From assembly GCF_018977255.1 (NCBI RefSeq), contig NW_024704743.1:100256001-100320000 (forward strand): DNA of 64,000 nucleotides, given 5' to 3'. Each line of letters opens with the position of its first letter. Position 1 is the stretch's first letter. Below are positions 62,694-64,000 of the stretch, one piece after another. Source of the stretch: Callorhinchus milii. Taxonomy: Eukaryota. Under the pieces are notes generated by a model that had not been told where the DNA came from, searched no databases, and saw only the letters and a program-made list of their open reading frames with translations. The position numbers were made by a program, and so were the translations under genes.

Positions 62694-62970
62694 GTCAGCC
62701 TAACTCGCTTTGTAGCACTCTGAGTCAGATGGTTGTGGGCTCAAACCCCACATCGAGACTTTGAGCTCACACAGCCTGGGCCAACTCTCCCAGTACTCCC
62801 ATCTGTCTATTCATATGGTCATTGCTGTGCACAATTTGGTTGCATATTCGCCTACAAAAACAAAGTCACTAAACTTTACAGTAAATCCTGTGGAGCGCTT
62901 TGCAACATTTAGTTGATGTGCTAAGGCGCTGTATCAAATGGAAGGATTTTTGTATATTCATTATTATTAT
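62694..62970 (+). mobile_element. Deu-type SINE, internally deleted
   Basis: tgtcagcctaactcg..tctgagtcagatggttgtgggctcaaacccc..attgctgtgcacaatttgg..aggcgctgtatcaaatgg. Confidence 0.65.
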
Positions 62971-64000
62971 TTGTCCGGACATGAGGTGGGAATATCACGT
63001 TATGCCCCTTTTCTTCTGGAAATGGGTCATGAGAGCCTGGACGTGAAATAAGAAGTTCAGACAGTGGAGGCTGAGAATGGTGAGAAGTTCTCAGGCCAAT
63101 GTCACCTTTATGCCAATCTCAGGCCACAGGTTCAATGCAGTCCCAGAGGTGAATGAGTGAATGTGTAACACAATGGAGCATGAAATGTGATGGCCTCTCA
63201 CTTTTGTGCTTGGAATGCCATTTAAACGACAATCACAACTTGACTCATCAAAACGTAGAAGAATATCTCAAAAGTCCTTTGCAGAGACAGAGTGCAAATG
63301 TGAGCATGAAATGTTTTACAGGCCTGCTTCACATCGCTTCCCCTCTCCTCCCACCCCGCCACACCCAGGTCACCTGTCATCCATGAATGGAAGAAGGTGG
63401 GTTACATGAAGGGCTGAGTTGGCAGATCTGAGGGAATGGGACTACAGGAGATCACATAAGGAGGGTGGAGCAAAGGCATTTAAAGGTTAGAGCCAGGATA
63501 TTAAAAGTCAATCTGCTGGGGATAGCCAGAGGCTAGGAGGAACGTAATGCATCACTGAACATGGTGAGGACACAAGACACCTCCTACTGAGCATGTGCAG
63601 ATAGTCCTCTGGCTCAACGATCACAAGAGGGTGTTCCAAACTTTACTAACATCCCCGTAGGTTGTTTCACCAGCCAGTGAGAGTTCCTGACAGAAAACTG
63701 TCATGGCTTGTTAGTGCACCATTTTTCTTGCTCTGCTGGCAGTTCTGGCAATGTTCCCCCTCTCGGTTGGCCAGCTTTCACGGACTCTGCACCCACTCTC
63801 TGGGTCATGCCCAAACCCCTCCACCTTACCCACTCCCTCTCTGCTTTCAAAGCCCATCTAAAAAACAGCCTCTTTGACTCCTTCCTCTGCCATTTCCCTC
63901 CTGCCTGTCATCTTCCAGTTCAGACGCCTCCTCCACCTCTACTTTTTGAAGGAAGTCGTGTCGATGGCGTTTCTGTACAAAACGCACATGCACAACAGCC

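Noticed and set aside
1..64000. Recurrent ccttgcatttgatatag / ctatatcaaatgcaagg motif as a CRISPR-like or regulatory array
   Set aside because: Irregularly spaced, on both strands and degenerate; these are 5'-truncated SINE/L2 tails.

Overview
Eukaryotic (vertebrate) genomic DNA. The repeat landscape (Deu-domain SINEs, a young tRNA-Ala-derived SINE, L2 and CR1 LINE fragments, a Penelope-type inverted repeat) points to a cartilaginous fish, possibly a chimaera; this assignment is inferred. The window holds the 3' ends of two convergent genes. On + is the last coding exon and long 3'UTR of a TGIF1-like TALE homeobox repressor (12187-12744); its earlier exons lie upstream of the window. On - are the last six coding exons of a DLGAP/SAPAP/GKAP scaffold gene (52656 to 29648). 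All six have GT-AG boundaries and consistent phases, and the protein ends in the Shank-binding motif QTRL. It is mostly DLGAP1-like with several DLGAP4-like residues. Nearly all other ORFs in the track are LINE/SINE debris or noise. Best leads: a candidate cassette exon in the last DLGAP intron that would remove the QTRL PDZ ligand; three DLGAP exons flanked by inverted L2 copies that would back-splice into an 879-nt stop-free circle; unresolved paralog identity of the gene pair; an unrecognised ~0.45-0.6 kb retroposon family (3 copies); and a Penelope-like palindrome with a decayed hammerhead core. No prokaryote-type system, CRISPR array or real tRNA/rRNA gene is evident. Family names and comparisons to mammalian sequences are recalled from memory, not from searches.
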